The notes: generated from the letters alone by a model not told the origin. A stretch of DNA of 64,000 bases from Opitutales bacterium (GCA_038152995.1 JAYOXT010000003.1:13941-77940); one strand, 5' to 3'. Positions 16,606-26,389 are shown, counted from the stretch's first letter. A program made the numbers and translations.

Positions 16606-17775
16606 ATGTCAAAATCATTTATCTTCTCTTCTGAATCCGTCGGTGAAGGCCACCCCGATAAAGTCTCCGATTCAATATCCGATAGCGTATTGGATGCCTG
16701 CCTGGAGCAGGACCCGCATAGTCGCGTTGCCTGTGAGACTTTGGTCAAAAGCAACTGTGTAACCATTGCCGGTGAGATTACCACCGCTGCGAAGTTTGAC
16801 TACGAGAATGTCGTCCGTGAAGCCATTCGCAAAATTGGCTACACCAATGACGACGATGTCTTCCATGCGGACCATGTTTTCATCACCAACCAATTGACTG
16901 CCCAGTCCCGCGATATCGGGCAGGGTGTGGACGCAGCCGCCGCTGACGGAAAAGGGACAGCTGAGCAGGGAGCAGGAGATCAAGGCATCATGTTTGGATA
17001 TGCCTGTAATGAGACCGAGGAATTGATGCCTGCTCCGGTTATGTTCGCCCATCGTATTTTACGCAGAATGGCTGAGATCCGGCATGCCGGTGAAAAAGCT
17101 CCCTGGTTGCGTCCTGATTGTAAGTCTCAGGTGGCCCTGCAGTACGAGGACGGCAAGATGGTGGCGATTCAAAATGTGGTGGTTTCCACCCAGCACGCCG
17201 CCGATGCTTCCAATAGTTTGATCCGCGAATTTATTACCGAAGAAGTCATCAAGCCGTCCTTGCCCGAAGATCTTCTTGCTCAAGACACGGAATACTTAAT
17301 CAACCCGACCGGTCGTTTCGTCATAGGCGGACCCCAGGGAGATTCTGGGCTTACCGGTAGAAAAATCATTGTCGATACCTACGGCGGATGGGGCCGGCAT
17401 GGTGGCGGTGCTTTTTCCGGGAAGGATCCCAGCAAAGTCGACCGCTCTGCAGCTTACATGTGCCGTTGGGTTGCCAAAAATGTGGTTTCCGCAGGCTTAG
17501 CTGACCGGGTTGAGATTCAACTCGCCTATGCCATCGGGCACCCCGAACCGACCAGCATTACTCTTGATTGCTTTGGCACGGAGAAAGTGGATGAAAGCAA
17601 AATTGAAAAAGCGGTCCGCGAAGTCTTTTCTTTCAAACCAGCTGACATTGTGTCCCAGCTAAACCTGCTTCGTCCCATCTATCGTGATACCACCCACTAT
17701 GGGCATTTTGGGAAGGCTGGATTACCTTGGGAGGAAACCAGTCGTGCCAATGACCTGAAGCAGATTGCCAGCTAA
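16606..17775 (+). CDS. metK: S-adenosylmethionine synthetase
   Basis: '[25 protein letters not shown]', '[12 protein letters not shown]', '[21 protein letters not shown]', '[19 protein letters not shown]'. Confidence 0.95.
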   Translation: MSKSFIFSSESVGEGHPDKVSDSISDSVLDACLEQDPHSRVACETLVKSNCVTIAGEITTAAKFDYENVVREAIRKIGYTNDDDVFHADHVFITNQLTAQSRDIGQGVDAAAADGKGTAEQGAGDQGIMFGYACNETEELMPAPVMFAHRILRRMAEIRHAGEKAPWLRPDCKSQVALQYEDGKMVAIQNVVVSTQHAADASNSLIREFITEEVIKPSLPEDLLAQDTEYLINPTGRFVIGGPQGDSGLTGRKIIVDTYGGWGRHGGGAFSGKDPSKVDRSAAYMCRWVAKNVVSAGLADRVEIQLAYAIGHPEPTSITLDCFGTEKVDESKIEKAVREVFSFKPADIVSQLNLLRPIYRDTTHYGHFGKAGLPWEETSRANDLKQIAS

Positions 17776-17824
17776 TAGCACAAAAATTGTCATCCGATCT
17801 GCCTTACCACTCGTTTTATAACCC

Positions 17825-19276
17825 ATGACTACTATGACAGAAACTATCGCCCCCGCATCCCTCGACTATAAAGTCGCCGATATCACTCTTGCTGAGTTTG
17901 GCCGCAAAGAAATTTCCATCGCTGAGCACGAAATGCCAGGTCTCATGGCGACCCGTGCTAAATATGGTCCTTCCAAACCATTGGCTGGGGTTAAAATCAT
18001 GGGGTCCTTGCACATGACCATCCAAACAGCGGTGTTGATCGAAACGCTGGTTGAACTCGGAGCTGATGTGCGTTGGTGCTCTTGTAATATTTTTTCCACT
18101 CAAGATCATGCTGCCGCTGCAATCGCCGCCGCCGGAATTCCCGTTTTTGCCTGGAAGGGTGAGACTTTAGAAGATTATTGGGACTGCACTTGGAATGCAT
18201 TGACCTGGCCCGACGGGTCCGGGCCCGACCAAATTGTAGATGACGGGGGCGATGCCACCCTCCTCATCCACAAAGGTGTAGAATTGGAGAACGGAAGCGA
18301 TTGGGTTAACACTTCATCCGATAATCTCGAAGAGCAGGTCATTAAGGACCTGCTCAAGAAGACTCTCTCCGAGAAGCCTGGCCATTGGGCTAAGGTTGCA
18401 GATGGAGTGGTCGGTGTATCCGAAGAAACCACCACTGGCGTGCACCGTCTGATTCAAATGCAGGAGGAAGGGAAGCTTCTCTTCCAAGCGATCAATGTAA
18501 ATGACTCCGTAACCAAATCCAAATTCGATAACAATTATGGATGCCGTCACTCCCTTGTTGATGGAATCAAGCGTGCCATGGATGTCCTCATCTCTGGTAA
18601 AGTTGCGATGATCTGCGGTTTTGGGGATGTGGGTAAAGGTTCTGCCGATTCCCTTTTCAACGAGAAAGCCCGAGTGATGGTATCTGAGGTTGACCCCATT
18701 TGTGCCCTTCAGGCATGCATGGCTGGTTACCAGGTCACCACCGTTGAGGATGCACTCGCCACGGCCGATATTTTTGTTACCACCACTGGAAACAAGGACA
18801 TCATCACTGCTGAGCACATGAGCAAGATGAAAGACCAAGCGATTGTTTGTAACATTGGTCACTTCGATAATGAGATTCAAGTTGCCGAATTGGAGAAAAT
18901 GCCTGGCGTGACCAAAGAAGTCATCAAGGAAGATAGTGTGCCCGGTGGTCCGGTCAGCCGTTTTACTTTTGCTGATGGGAGGAGTATCTATCTCTTGGCT
19001 GAGGGTCGCCTTATCAACCTTGGTTGCGCGACTGGTCATCCCAGCTTTGTTATGTCCAACAGTTTCACCAACCAAACCATTGCCCAGATTGATATCCGCA
19101 ATAACCCGGACCGGGAAATTGGGGTGACCCGCCTGAGCAAGGAATTGGATGAAGAAGTGGCCCGGTTGCATCTGGACAAGCTTGGTGCCAAGCTGACCAA
19201 ACTGTCTTCCGAGCAGGCCGATTATATCGGAGTCCCTGTGGATGGGCCATATAAGCCCGAGCACTACCGTTATTAA
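17825..19276 (+). CDS. ahcY: Adenosylhomocysteinase
   Basis: '[27 protein letters not shown]', '[16 protein letters not shown]', '[14 protein letters not shown]', '[10 protein letters not shown]', 'GFGDVGKG', 'NIGHFDNEI', C-terminal 'YRY'. Confidence 0.95.
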   Translation: MTTMTETIAPASLDYKVADITLAEFGRKEISIAEHEMPGLMATRAKYGPSKPLAGVKIMGSLHMTIQTAVLIETLVELGADVRWCSCNIFSTQDHAAAAIAAAGIPVFAWKGETLEDYWDCTWNALTWPDGSGPDQIVDDGGDATLLIHKGVELENGSDWVNTSSDNLEEQVIKDLLKKTLSEKPGHWAKVADGVVGVSEETTTGVHRLIQMQEEGKLLFQAINVNDSVTKSKFDNNYGCRHSLVDGIKRAMDVLISGKVAMICGFGDVGKGSADSLFNEKARVMVSEVDPICALQACMAGYQVTTVEDALATADIFVTTTGNKDIITAEHMSKMKDQAIVCNIGHFDNEIQVAELEKMPGVTKEVIKEDSVPGGPVSRFTFADGRSIYLLAEGRLINLGCATGHPSFVMSNSFTNQTIAQIDIRNNPDREIGVTRLSKELDEEVARLHLDKLGAKLTKLSSEQADYIGVPVDGPYKPEHYRY

Positions 19277-19328
19277 AATCCCGCTGCTCTCTCCTCTTCT
19301 TTACCCAGAAGAGTGGTCTTTCAGGAAT

Positions 19329-19357
19329 GCCTCCAATTTCGGAGGCTTTCTTGTTTT
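19329..19357 (+). terminator. Rho-independent terminator after ahcY
   Basis: Stem 'gcctcc' / 'ggaggc' with loop 'aatttc', followed by 'tttcttgtttt'. Confidence 0.65.
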
Positions 19358-19427
19358 GTACAGTTGTTTACTTCTCCGGTATACCATGTATGATTGAGAC
19401 TTATTTATAACTGTTTGAAACTTCCTA

Positions 19428-20417
19428 ATGTTTTTTGACGAAACGAAAGTCTTTCTAAAAGCCGGTAAAGGTGGGGACGGTTGCATGTCTTTCCTCCGGC
19501 AAAAATATATGCCCAAGGGTGGACCCAATGGAGGCAATGGAGGCAAGGGTGGCGAAGTAATCCTGCAGGCAGATGAAAATGTATCTGACCTTCGTGCATA
19601 CCACTTTAAAAAACAATGGAAGGCAAAAAATGGGGACCCTGGTCGCGGGAGCGATCAAAATGGAAGGGGAGGAGACTCATGCATATTGAAAGTCCCTTTA
19701 GGCACCGAGGTGCGTGATCTTGGCACTGGGGAAATCATTTGTGAACTGCTCGAGCATGAGCAGGATGTTTTGCTGCTCGAAGGAGGGAAAGGCGGACGGG
19801 GCAATGCCACTTTCAAATCATCCGTCAACCAGACCCCCCGTCAATTTACCGAGGGAAAACCGGGGATGGAGGGTGAGTTTGTTTTTACCCTAAAAACCAT
19901 CGCCGATGTTGGACTGGTAGGGTTTCCCAACGCCGGGAAGTCGACCCTGCTCAATGTGCTGTCCAATGCGACCCCTAAGGTCGATTCCTATCCATTTACC
20001 ACCCTCGTGCCCACCGTCGGCGTAATCGACTACCCGGAAGAATTCAAAACGATTACTATGGCGGATGTGCCTGGTTTGATCGAGGGGGCAGCGGAAAACC
20101 GGGGGCTCGGACACCGCTTTCTTCGGCATGTGGAGCGCTGTCGTTTGATTCTCTTTCTGATCGATCTGGCTGCTACGGATGGTCGCTCGCCTCTTGATGA
20201 TTTTATGCACCTTCGAAAAGAGCTTGAGGATTACGATATAGAATTATCACAAAAGGAATTTGTTATCGTAGGAAATAAAATAGATGAGGAAGAGGGAGCG
20301 GCAAATCTGGCTCTTTTTAAAAAGCAGTTTCCGGACCTTGAAATCATCGCGATATCGGCAATTTTGGGCGAGGGGTTGGATGAACTGAGAGGCCATCTGC
20401 TCTCTCATTTTTCCTAA
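19428..20417 (+). CDS. obg: GTPase Obg/CgtA
   Basis: 'MFFDETKVFLKAGKGGDGCMSFLRQKYMPKGGPNGGNGGKGG' (Obg fold). G1 'GFPNAGKST', G3 'DVPGLIEGA', G4 'GNKID'. Confidence 0.95.
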   Translation: MFFDETKVFLKAGKGGDGCMSFLRQKYMPKGGPNGGNGGKGGEVILQADENVSDLRAYHFKKQWKAKNGDPGRGSDQNGRGGDSCILKVPLGTEVRDLGTGEIICELLEHEQDVLLLEGGKGGRGNATFKSSVNQTPRQFTEGKPGMEGEFVFTLKTIADVGLVGFPNAGKSTLLNVLSNATPKVDSYPFTTLVPTVGVIDYPEEFKTITMADVPGLIEGAAENRGLGHRFLRHVERCRLILFLIDLAATDGRSPLDDFMHLRKELEDYDIELSQKEFVIVGNKIDEEEGAANLALFKKQFPDLEIIAISAILGEGLDELRGHLLSHFS

Positions 20418-20465
20418 AAAATCTGCAAAAATGAAAAACAACCAGGACCAACTATTTTCAGCTTG

Positions 20466-20489
20466 TTTTGCACAAGCGTTTGTGCAAAA
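20466..20489. promoter_or_regulatory. Perfect 10-bp inverted repeat (4-nt spacer) immediately upstream of a small-ORF pair
   Basis: 'ttttgcacaa' - 'gcgt' - 'ttgtgcaaaa'. It ends 10 nt before the ATG at 20499. There is no flanking U-tract on either strand, so it is not a canonical terminator. Confidence 0.3.
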
Positions 20490-20498
20490 AAGAGGAGA

Positions 20499-20714
20499 AT
20501 GGAAATGAATAAATTTGTATTCGAAAAATTAGAATCTAGGAGCGAGCCTTTTGAGAGAAGCGAAGAATTGTATTTCAAGGAAAGGGGACTTTTTCTACCT
20601 AAAGTTGAAAACGAAACGCCCCAGGAAACGGCCAGTCGTATTCTTGCGATTATGAATGAATCGAACGACCGCTTACATCGGGTACTGGAAATTTTTGACC
20701 GAATGAAACGATAA
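20499..20714 (+). CDS. Small acidic hypothetical protein (~70 aa)
   Basis: It is the only ORF in this gap and is coupled by 2 nt to the next ORF. An AGGAG-like motif 'agaggaga' lies just upstream. The start could be the ATG at 20499 or 20505. No recognisable motif. Confidence 0.4.
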   Translation: MEMNKFVFEKLESRSEPFERSEELYFKERGLFLPKVENETPQETASRILAIMNESNDRLHRVLEIFDRMKR

Positions 20715-20716
20715 CG

Positions 20717-20905
20717 ATGACCTTAAAGGAAAAGTCAGAGATTAATCGAGCCGCCGCCCAGATGGGACGGAAGGGCGGGCAGTCTGGAAAAGGACAGAGT
20801 AAGAAGCGCGGAAATGTTTCCTATTACAGGGATATGCAAAGAAAATCTGTGGCCTCCCGGTTGAGGAATGCAGCAAAGCCTGCTGCAGGGGATAAAAAAA
20901 GTTAG
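20717..20905 (+). CDS. Small basic protein with one KGG-type (YciG-like general stress) motif
   Basis: 'AAAQMGRKGGQSGKG' resembles the 'GRKGGQ' repeat of YciG/KGG stress proteins. 62 aa and very basic. Its 3' end overlaps the convergent yaaA stop by 4 nt. Confidence 0.4.
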   Translation: MTLKEKSEINRAAAQMGRKGGQSGKGQSKKRGNVSYYRDMQRKSVASRLRNAAKPAAGDKKS

Positions 20906-21690
20906 GCGGCGACCTTTCTTTTTTCGGAACGGAGAAAGACGGGTGTCTCTTCAGTGGACTCTTCTGAGCAGTAATTGTATCCATCAAGTGAAAATGCGGT
21001 CAACTCTTCCGCTTTTTCAATTTGGTTGGAAATAATGAAATTAGCCATCAGCCCCCTCGCTCGCTTGGCATAGAAACTGATGATTTTAAATTTCCCGTTC
21101 TTTTCGTCCTTGAATACAGGAGAGATAACCCGAGCATCCACTTTATTTAATCTGGCCGCTTTCGAATATTCCAGGGAAGCCAAGTTGATCACGGTAGTGG
21201 ATGAACTTTTGGAAAGATCCTCACTGATTGCCCCGGCTAGACAGTCTCCCCAGAAGGTGTATAAATCCTTGCCGGCAGGATTGGCGAAAAGAGTACCCAT
21301 TTCCAAGCGATACGGCTGGATTAAGTCCAATGGCTTAAGCAATCCATAAAGGCCGGAGAGGATGCGCAGGTGAGACTGGGCAAATTTTAGATCATGCTCT
21401 TCAAACTCCCATGCTTTCAAGCCTTCGTATACATCACCCTTGAAAGCCAGCACTGCCTGCTTGGAAGATTCGGTGTTGTGCGAAAAAGACCAGGATTGAA
21501 ATCGCTGGTGATTGAGCTGTGCCAGTTTTGGGCTCAGTTTCATCAGTTCTCCGACCTGTTCAGCAGAGAGTCTTGCCAGGGCGTTAATCAAATCTTGCGA
21601 AAGATCCAAAAAGTCAGGTTGGGTGCATATCTCAGTAGATGAGGGATGCTCAAAATCAAGGGTTTTGGCAGGAGAAAGAAGAACTAGCAT
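20902..21690 (-). CDS. yaaA: Peroxide stress protein YaaA (UPF0246/DUF328)
   Basis: The N-terminus 'MLVLLSPAKTLDFE' and 'AFKGDVYEGL', 'LRILSGLYGLLKPLDLIQPYRLEM' are characteristic of YaaA. Confidence 0.85.
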   Translation of the reverse strand: MLVLLSPAKTLDFEHPSSTEICTQPDFLDLSQDLINALARLSAEQVGELMKLSPKLAQLNHQRFQSWSFSHNTESSKQAVLAFKGDVYEGLKAWEFEEHDLKFAQSHLRILSGLYGLLKPLDLIQPYRLEMGTLFANPAGKDLYTFWGDCLAGAISEDLSKSSSTTVINLASLEYSKAARLNKVDARVISPVFKDEKNGKFKIISFYAKRARGLMANFIISNQIEKAEELTAFSLDGYNYCSEESTEETPVFLRSEKRKVAA

Positions 21691-21861
21691 AGAAAATATC
21701 CTATGAGCAAAAGTGACTGAATCAAGAGGAGAAAAAATGGATATATCAGAAAAAGTCGCTCTTTGGACGATTTATAAAAAGGATGTGGAAAGTTCGATCT
21801 AGGTTGCTCTCGGCTAAAATTGCCTTTTTCTTTATTGGTTTTGAACTAATACGATTTTCCT

Positions 21862-22377
21862 GTGTACCCACTCGCAATCTTCATCCTCCTCTTGGCCAAC
21901 TGGGTCGTTTTTTCAGGGAAGCTGGATTTGTTTCATCTGGGATTGGGGGTGGTGAGCTGCCTGTTTGTAACCTGGATATCTCAGGACTTTCTTTTCCATG
22001 ACCGCAAGAAAAACTGGGAGGAGAGGATGCGTGAGGCGGGTGCCTTCCTGCAGTACATTCCGTGGCTGACTGTAGAGATTGTTAAGGCGAACCTGCATGT
22101 CTTCAGGTTGGCGATGACCCGTCAGGGGGGGCAGGAGATTAAGCCCCGTATCGTTACTATAAAGACGAAGTTAAGAACGGATTTTGCCAAATTTGTTTTT
22201 GCCAATTCCATCACCTTAACCCCAGGAACCATAACTATGCTGATTCGTGGCGATGTATTCCATGTGCACACCATGAGTCAGTTTTTGGAGGACGATCTTC
22301 TTGAGGGTGCCATCGAGCGGAAGGTGGCTGAGGTCTTTGAGCCCGATGCCTTCAAAAGGAGGAGGGCAAAACGATGA
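21862..22377 (+). CDS. mrpE: Mrp/Mnh-type cation:proton antiporter subunit E
   Basis: GTG start. 'LLLANWVVFSGKLDLFHLGLGVVSCLFVTWI', 'ANLHVFRLAM', 'ANSITLTPGTI' (MnhE signature region). First gene of a tightly overlapping 10-gene operon. Confidence 0.75.
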   Translation: MYPLAIFILLLANWVVFSGKLDLFHLGLGVVSCLFVTWISQDFLFHDRKKNWEERMREAGAFLQYIPWLTVEIVKANLHVFRLAMTRQGGQEIKPRIVTIKTKLRTDFAKFVFANSITLTPGTITMLIRGDVFHVHTMSQFLEDDLLEGAIERKVAEVFEPDAFKRRRAKR

Positions 22378-22691
22378 AGGAGTGGTTTGCCATTATCATG
22401 GGGGCATCGCTTCTGGTCCTAATGATTCCCATACTCTACCGCATTATTGCAGGGCCCACTGGGTTTGATCGTATCCTCGGGGTCAATGTGATTGGCACCA
22501 AAACGGCGGTGATTCTGGTCATCATCGGTACCTTATTTGACCGGGTGGATATGTTTGTGGACTTTGCTATCGCTTATGCATTGCTCAATTTTGTCGGTGC
22601 CATCGTGGTATCGCGGTATTTCAACCGCACCGTGCCTTTGCAGGAAATGGAAAAGCCCCAATCCCGCCCCAGGAGGAGGGCTCGCACATGA
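22374..22691 (+). CDS. mrpF: Mrp/Mnh antiporter subunit F
   Basis: 'YRIIAGPTGFDRILGVNVIGTKTAVILVIIG', ~100 aa, 3 TM. ATGA overlap on both sides. Confidence 0.75.
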   Translation: MKEWFAIIMGASLLVLMIPILYRIIAGPTGFDRILGVNVIGTKTAVILVIIGTLFDRVDMFVDFAIAYALLNFVGAIVVSRYFNRTVPLQEMEKPQSRPRRRART

Positions 22692-23107
22692 TCGAATGCA
22701 TTGCATCCACCGTAGCCACAGAATCCGCCAATAGTCCGGGTTGGTTCTTGGTGCACGCTGTGGGCGTGGCGATGGGCACTGTAGGGCTTGTTTTCTTTTT
22801 GGGAACAGCTGTGGGCATGGTGAGGTTTCCAGACTTTTACACCCGGATGCATGCGGCAGGAAAGGGAGACACCCTATCCACCATGCTGATGCTTGGGGGG
22901 GTCGGATTGGTGATGATAGAAGATTTTTCCCTGGGCAGCTGGTTGTTGCTTCTAAAGATTCTCGGAATTGTCCTCTTTATTTTCATTACTACCCCGACCA
23001 GTTCCCATGCGCTCATGCGTGCTGCTTTTGAGGATGATGAGATGCCTCTGGGCGAAAACGACCTCGAAAAACGACGCCGACCCCGCAGCGGATCATCCGC
23101 AAAATAA
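22688..23107 (+). CDS. mrpG: Mrp/Mnh antiporter subunit G
   Basis: 'VRFPDFYTRMHAAGKGDTLSTMLMLGG' and 'TTPTSSHALMRAA' are typical MnhG motifs. Confidence 0.8.
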   Translation: MIECIASTVATESANSPGWFLVHAVGVAMGTVGLVFFLGTAVGMVRFPDFYTRMHAAGKGDTLSTMLMLGGVGLVMIEDFSLGSWLLLLKILGIVLFIFITTPTSSHALMRAAFEDDEMPLGENDLEKRRRPRSGSSAK

Positions 23108-23110
23108 CCG

Positions 23111-23359
23111 ATGGGACTGGAACTATTCAATACCCTGATTCTTAGCCTGCTGGTTGTGGTGGCGATTCTTTCTCTCTATGTCCGTGACCTGGTGGTCTCC
23201 GCAGTAATCTTCGGGATATACAGCTTTTTAATGTGTTTGCTTTGGGCAGAAATGGGGGCGGTGGATGTTGCCTTTACCGAAGCCACAGTCGGGGCGGGGG
23301 TAAGCACCGTGGTTCTGATTGCGACTGTTTTTAACCTCAAGCGGAAGGCCAAGGACTGA
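23111..23359 (+). CDS. DUF4040/MbhD-like small membrane subunit (equivalent to the MrpA C-terminal / MrpB N-terminal segment)
   Basis: 'AVIFGIYSFLMCLLWAEMGAVDVAFTEATVGAGVSTVVLI'. Confidence 0.65.
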   Translation: MGLELFNTLILSLLVVVAILSLYVRDLVVSAVIFGIYSFLMCLLWAEMGAVDVAFTEATVGAGVSTVVLIATVFNLKRKAKD

Positions 23360-24108
23360 TGAAGCGTGTAGCCGTGATCGTTGTTCTCCTCATTGGCCTG
23401 CTTCTCGCCTGGGCGGTCCGGGACTTTCCTTCGTGGGGGGATCCGCATGCACCTGCCTCTTCTTCCCCTGTTTCCTCGCACTTTATTTCCAGCACCGGAG
23501 TGGACACGGAAGTGCCCAACATGGTGACTGCTGTGCTGGCGGACTACCGCGGATTTGACACCATGTTTGAAACAGTGGTGGTGTTTATTGCCGGGCTAGC
23601 TGTTGTTTCCATTCTTCGTGGTGGTCCTCGCCGAAGGACTCGTGATCGCGAATTTGTGGTCAATTTTGAACCAGATCTGATCGTGACCAACACGGTTCGG
23701 TTGATTGTCCCGGTCATACAGATTTTTGCTTTTTATGTGTTGGCTCATGGGCATGTCAGCCCCGGTGGTGGATTTCAGGGCGGGGTGGCAATGGGTGCTA
23801 GTTTTATCCTGATCGCCCTTTCATGGGATCTTAAAACGGCACTTGCCCGATTTCCCTTGGATCGATGTTTCACGGTGGCGGCCCTTGGTATTGTGATCTA
23901 CGCGGGGATTGGTCTGTTGTCCATGTTCCTTGGCGGAGAGTTTCTCGACTATGCCCACCTTGCCGAGGCTTTCCCTGTCAGCCCGGAAATGGCTCGTTAT
24001 CATGCCATGCTGGGAGTGGAGATTGGAGTGGGCTTTACCGTAACCGCCATAATGTTTGCCCTTTATGCAAGCCTGTCCACGGACGGACGGATGCGTGATG
24101 GGCTGTAA
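23359..24108 (+). CDS. mrpB: Mrp/Mnh antiporter subunit B (MnhB domain)
   Basis: 'NMVTAVLADYRGFDTMFETVVVFIAGLAV', 'VLAHGHVSPGGGFQGG'. Confidence 0.8.
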   Translation: MKRVAVIVVLLIGLLLAWAVRDFPSWGDPHAPASSSPVSSHFISSTGVDTEVPNMVTAVLADYRGFDTMFETVVVFIAGLAVVSILRGGPRRRTRDREFVVNFEPDLIVTNTVRLIVPVIQIFAFYVLAHGHVSPGGGFQGGVAMGASFILIALSWDLKTALARFPLDRCFTVAALGIVIYAGIGLLSMFLGGEFLDYAHLAEAFPVSPEMARYHAMLGVEIGVGFTVTAIMFALYASLSTDGRMRDGL

Positions 24109-24122
24109 TTTTTGGTCATCCG

Positions 24123-24830
24123 ATGTTTGAGGAAGGATCCATATTTACCCAGTTGCTCGTCGAGCGGTTGAACTATTTTATCTATGTGGTTCTTTTACTG
24201 ATTGGGTTGTGGGCGATGATTGCCAAAAACAACCTGATTAAAAAATTAATCGGGATGTCGATTTTTCAGACCGCCATCATCTTATTCTATGTATCCATCG
24301 GGGTGAAGGAGGGGGCCACCATCCCCATCTATTTGCCCGAACACGATCCGCATGCTTCCCATGGCTCCGCTGAGCACAACGACGCTGCGGTATCCGGCCC
24401 ACAGGTGCTGGAGGTGTCGGAAGTTTCGGGTTACACCAACCCCTTGCCCCATGTGCTCATGCTTACTGCGATTGTCGTCGGGGTGGCCACGCTGGGGCTC
24501 GCCCTTTCCATCTGCCTGCGGATTTACCGGGGATATGGCACAGTGGAGGAAGACGATCTATTGCTCAAGTTGGAACAGGAGGATTCACGGAACGCCGGAG
24601 GATTTAAGAAACGCCGACCAAGAAAACGCCCCTCTTCGACCAAAGCATCCAGCGGGGCAGCTCAGGCCGTTTCTTCAGAAAAATCGAAATCGGATAGAGC
24701 CGGACAGGGAAATCGTCGTTCTCGCTCGAAGTCACCGGCCAAAAAGACCCAGTCCTCTTCAACGAGCGATGGCAAGAAGCCCGCCCGCAGACGACCCCGT
24801 CCGAAAAAGCCAAAGGAGCGTGATTCCTGA
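24123..24830 (+). CDS. mrpC: Mrp/Mnh antiporter subunit C (NuoK-like) with a His-rich loop insertion and a ~95-aa basic Ser/Arg/Lys-rich C-terminal tail
   Basis: The NuoK/MnhC core is 'LIGLWAMIAKNNLIKKLIGMSIFQTAIILFYVS' ... 'LPHVLMLTAIVVGVATLGLALSICLRIYR'. The tail is 'GGFKKRRPRKRPSSTKASS...KKPARRRPRPKKPKERDS'. Confidence 0.75.
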   Translation: MFEEGSIFTQLLVERLNYFIYVVLLLIGLWAMIAKNNLIKKLIGMSIFQTAIILFYVSIGVKEGATIPIYLPEHDPHASHGSAEHNDAAVSGPQVLEVSEVSGYTNPLPHVLMLTAIVVGVATLGLALSICLRIYRGYGTVEEDDLLLKLEQEDSRNAGGFKKRRPRKRPSSTKASSGAAQAVSSEKSKSDRAGQGNRRSRSKSPAKKTQSSSTSDGKKPARRRPRPKKPKERDS

Positions 24831-26389
24831 TGAGCGACCCTATCGTGTGGATTGTATTGTTTCCTTTGTTCGGAGCCGTTCTTTGTGCCTTGGCCGGTCC
24901 ATGGGCCAGGACAATTTGTTACCCCGTATCTATACTTTCGATGATTGCCTCGGTGTGGGCATCGGTGAACACCCTTTTACAGGCAGTAGAAGCCTCCACT
25001 CATGAGGTATCTTATATCCTCGGTGGTTGGTCTCTCGACCTTTTCCCGCGTGGTGTGGGAATTGAGTTTCGTGCGGATATCCTTGGCGGCTTGATCACGC
25101 TGGTGGTTACCGGGGTAGGCCTAATTGTAACTCTCTATTCCAGGCTACCAGTCCAACGGGAAACTCCGGGCAAGGAATCGATGTATTACGGGCTTTTTCT
25201 GCTGCAGATTGCCGGACTTGCTGGCATTGCTCTGACCGGGGATGCCTTCAACCTCTATGTGCTGATCGAGGTGGCGGCTCTGACGGGTTACGGATTGATT
25301 GCCCTCGGTTCCAACCGGGCGGCGGCGGCGACTTTTAACTATGTTATCTTAGGTACCATTGGTGCATCTTTCTATCTTCTGGGAGTGGGTTACCTTTATT
25401 TAAAGACTGGTACTTTAAACATGGTCGGGATACGCGAGGTCATTGAAGCAAACCAGATGTATGACTCGCCAGCGATGCAGGTGGCCTTTGTATTGGTTCT
25501 TCTGGGCATCCTAATCAAGATGGCCTTTTTCCCTTTCCATGCATGGCTTCCCAATGCCTATTGCCATGCTCCCACCACCACATCATGCCTGCTTGCCCCC
25601 CTTGTGACCAAGGTGATGATCTATGTCATGATCCGTATGATTCTGACCGTGTTCGGGGTGGAGTTTACTTTTGAATCCACTTTGTGGACCGAGGTGATGC
25701 CCTGGTTGGTGGTCGTCGCCATTGTCTGTGCCGCGGTCATGGCCCTTGCCCAGCGGGAAATCAAACGGATGCTTGCCTACCTGATTGTGGCGGAGGTGGG
25801 CTATATGGTCGGCGGAGTATGGATTTACAATTACTACGGCCTGATCGGATCGATCTTTCATGTGATCAGCGATGCCTGTATGACCCTTTGCCTCTTCCTT
25901 GGGGCGGGAATTATTTTGCAGAAATGCAAGACTACTCATTTTGATGGCTTGCGTGGACTTTTTGCCCGGATGCCCCTGACCATGATTGGTTTTTTCATCG
26001 GCGGCTTTTCCATCATCGGACTTCCTCCCACCTGCGGATTTTTCAGCAAGTGGTACCTGATTACTGGGGGGATGGTCTCGGAGAGGTGGGAATACATGGT
26101 CACCCTGATGTTTTCCACTATGGTCATGGTCATTCTCTTTTTCCGTTTGATCGAACGGATGCACCTTGCAGTCAGTGAGAGCGGACAGAATTTAGGAAAA
26201 GGCCACGGCGATCTTGGGCTTACCGAGCGGCAGACCCGGTTTGATGAGGCACCCCTGAGCATGCTCATTCCCCTGTTGCTGGCGGCATCGGTTGTATTGA
26301 TCGTGGGCGTGTACAATCAGGAAATCGTCGACCAAATCGAAATCTTTCTTCAACCCTTCGACCTGCCCACTGGGGTGCATTACGAATGA
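24830..26389 (+). CDS. mrpD: Antiporter-like subunit (MrpD/NuoN family proton-conducting membrane transporter), copy 1
   Basis: 'FNLYVLIEVAALTGYGLIAL', 'KMAFFPFHAWLPNAYCHAPTTTSCLLAPLVTKV', 'KRMLAYLIVAEVGYM', 'LPPTCGFFSKWYL'. Confidence 0.85.
   Translation: MSDPIVWIVLFPLFGAVLCALAGPWARTICYPVSILSMIASVWASVNTLLQAVEASTHEVSYILGGWSLDLFPRGVGIEFRADILGGLITLVVTGVGLIVTLYSRLPVQRETPGKESMYYGLFLLQIAGLAGIALTGDAFNLYVLIEVAALTGYGLIALGSNRAAAATFNYVILGTIGASFYLLGVGYLYLKTGTLNMVGIREVIEANQMYDSPAMQVAFVLVLLGILIKMAFFPFHAWLPNAYCHAPTTTSCLLAPLVTKVMIYVMIRMILTVFGVEFTFESTLWTEVMPWLVVVAIVCAAVMALAQREIKRMLAYLIVAEVGYMVGGVWIYNYYGLIGSIFHVISDACMTLCLFLGAGIILQKCKTTHFDGLRGLFARMPLTMIGFFIGGFSIIGLPPTCGFFSKWYLITGGMVSERWEYMVTLMFSTMVMVILFFRLIERMHLAVSESGQNLGKGHGDLGLTERQTRFDEAPLSMLIPLLLAASVVLIVGVYNQEIVDQIEIFLQPFDLPTGVHYE

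Noticed and set aside
18314-19264. 316-aa ORF on the minus strand
   Set aside because: It is entirely antisense to the strongly supported ahcY gene and has no recognisable motifs. This is a typical shadow ORF in a GC-rich coding region.
16606-19276. metK-ahcY adjacency to the methyltransferase-rich cassette as a functional 'system'
   Set aside because: metK and ahcY are universal housekeeping genes with core-like composition. They are separated from the cassette by the repeat boundary and the rhamnose operon, so the proximity is probably coincidental.
24352-25005. 217-aa alternative-frame ORF spanning the mrpC tail and the start of mrpD
   Set aside because: It overlaps two well-supported, translationally coupled genes in another frame. 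Its Arg/Pro-rich translation is typical of an off-frame reading of GC-rich sequence. It remains relevant only as a control for checking the frame of the MrpC tail.
25583-26164. 193-aa minus-strand ORF, with similar ORFs at 26671-27102, 27360-27686, 27882-28322 and 29232-29853
   Set aside because: All are antisense to Mrp membrane-subunit genes with clear NuoL/M/N motifs. The translations are low-complexity and show no motifs.
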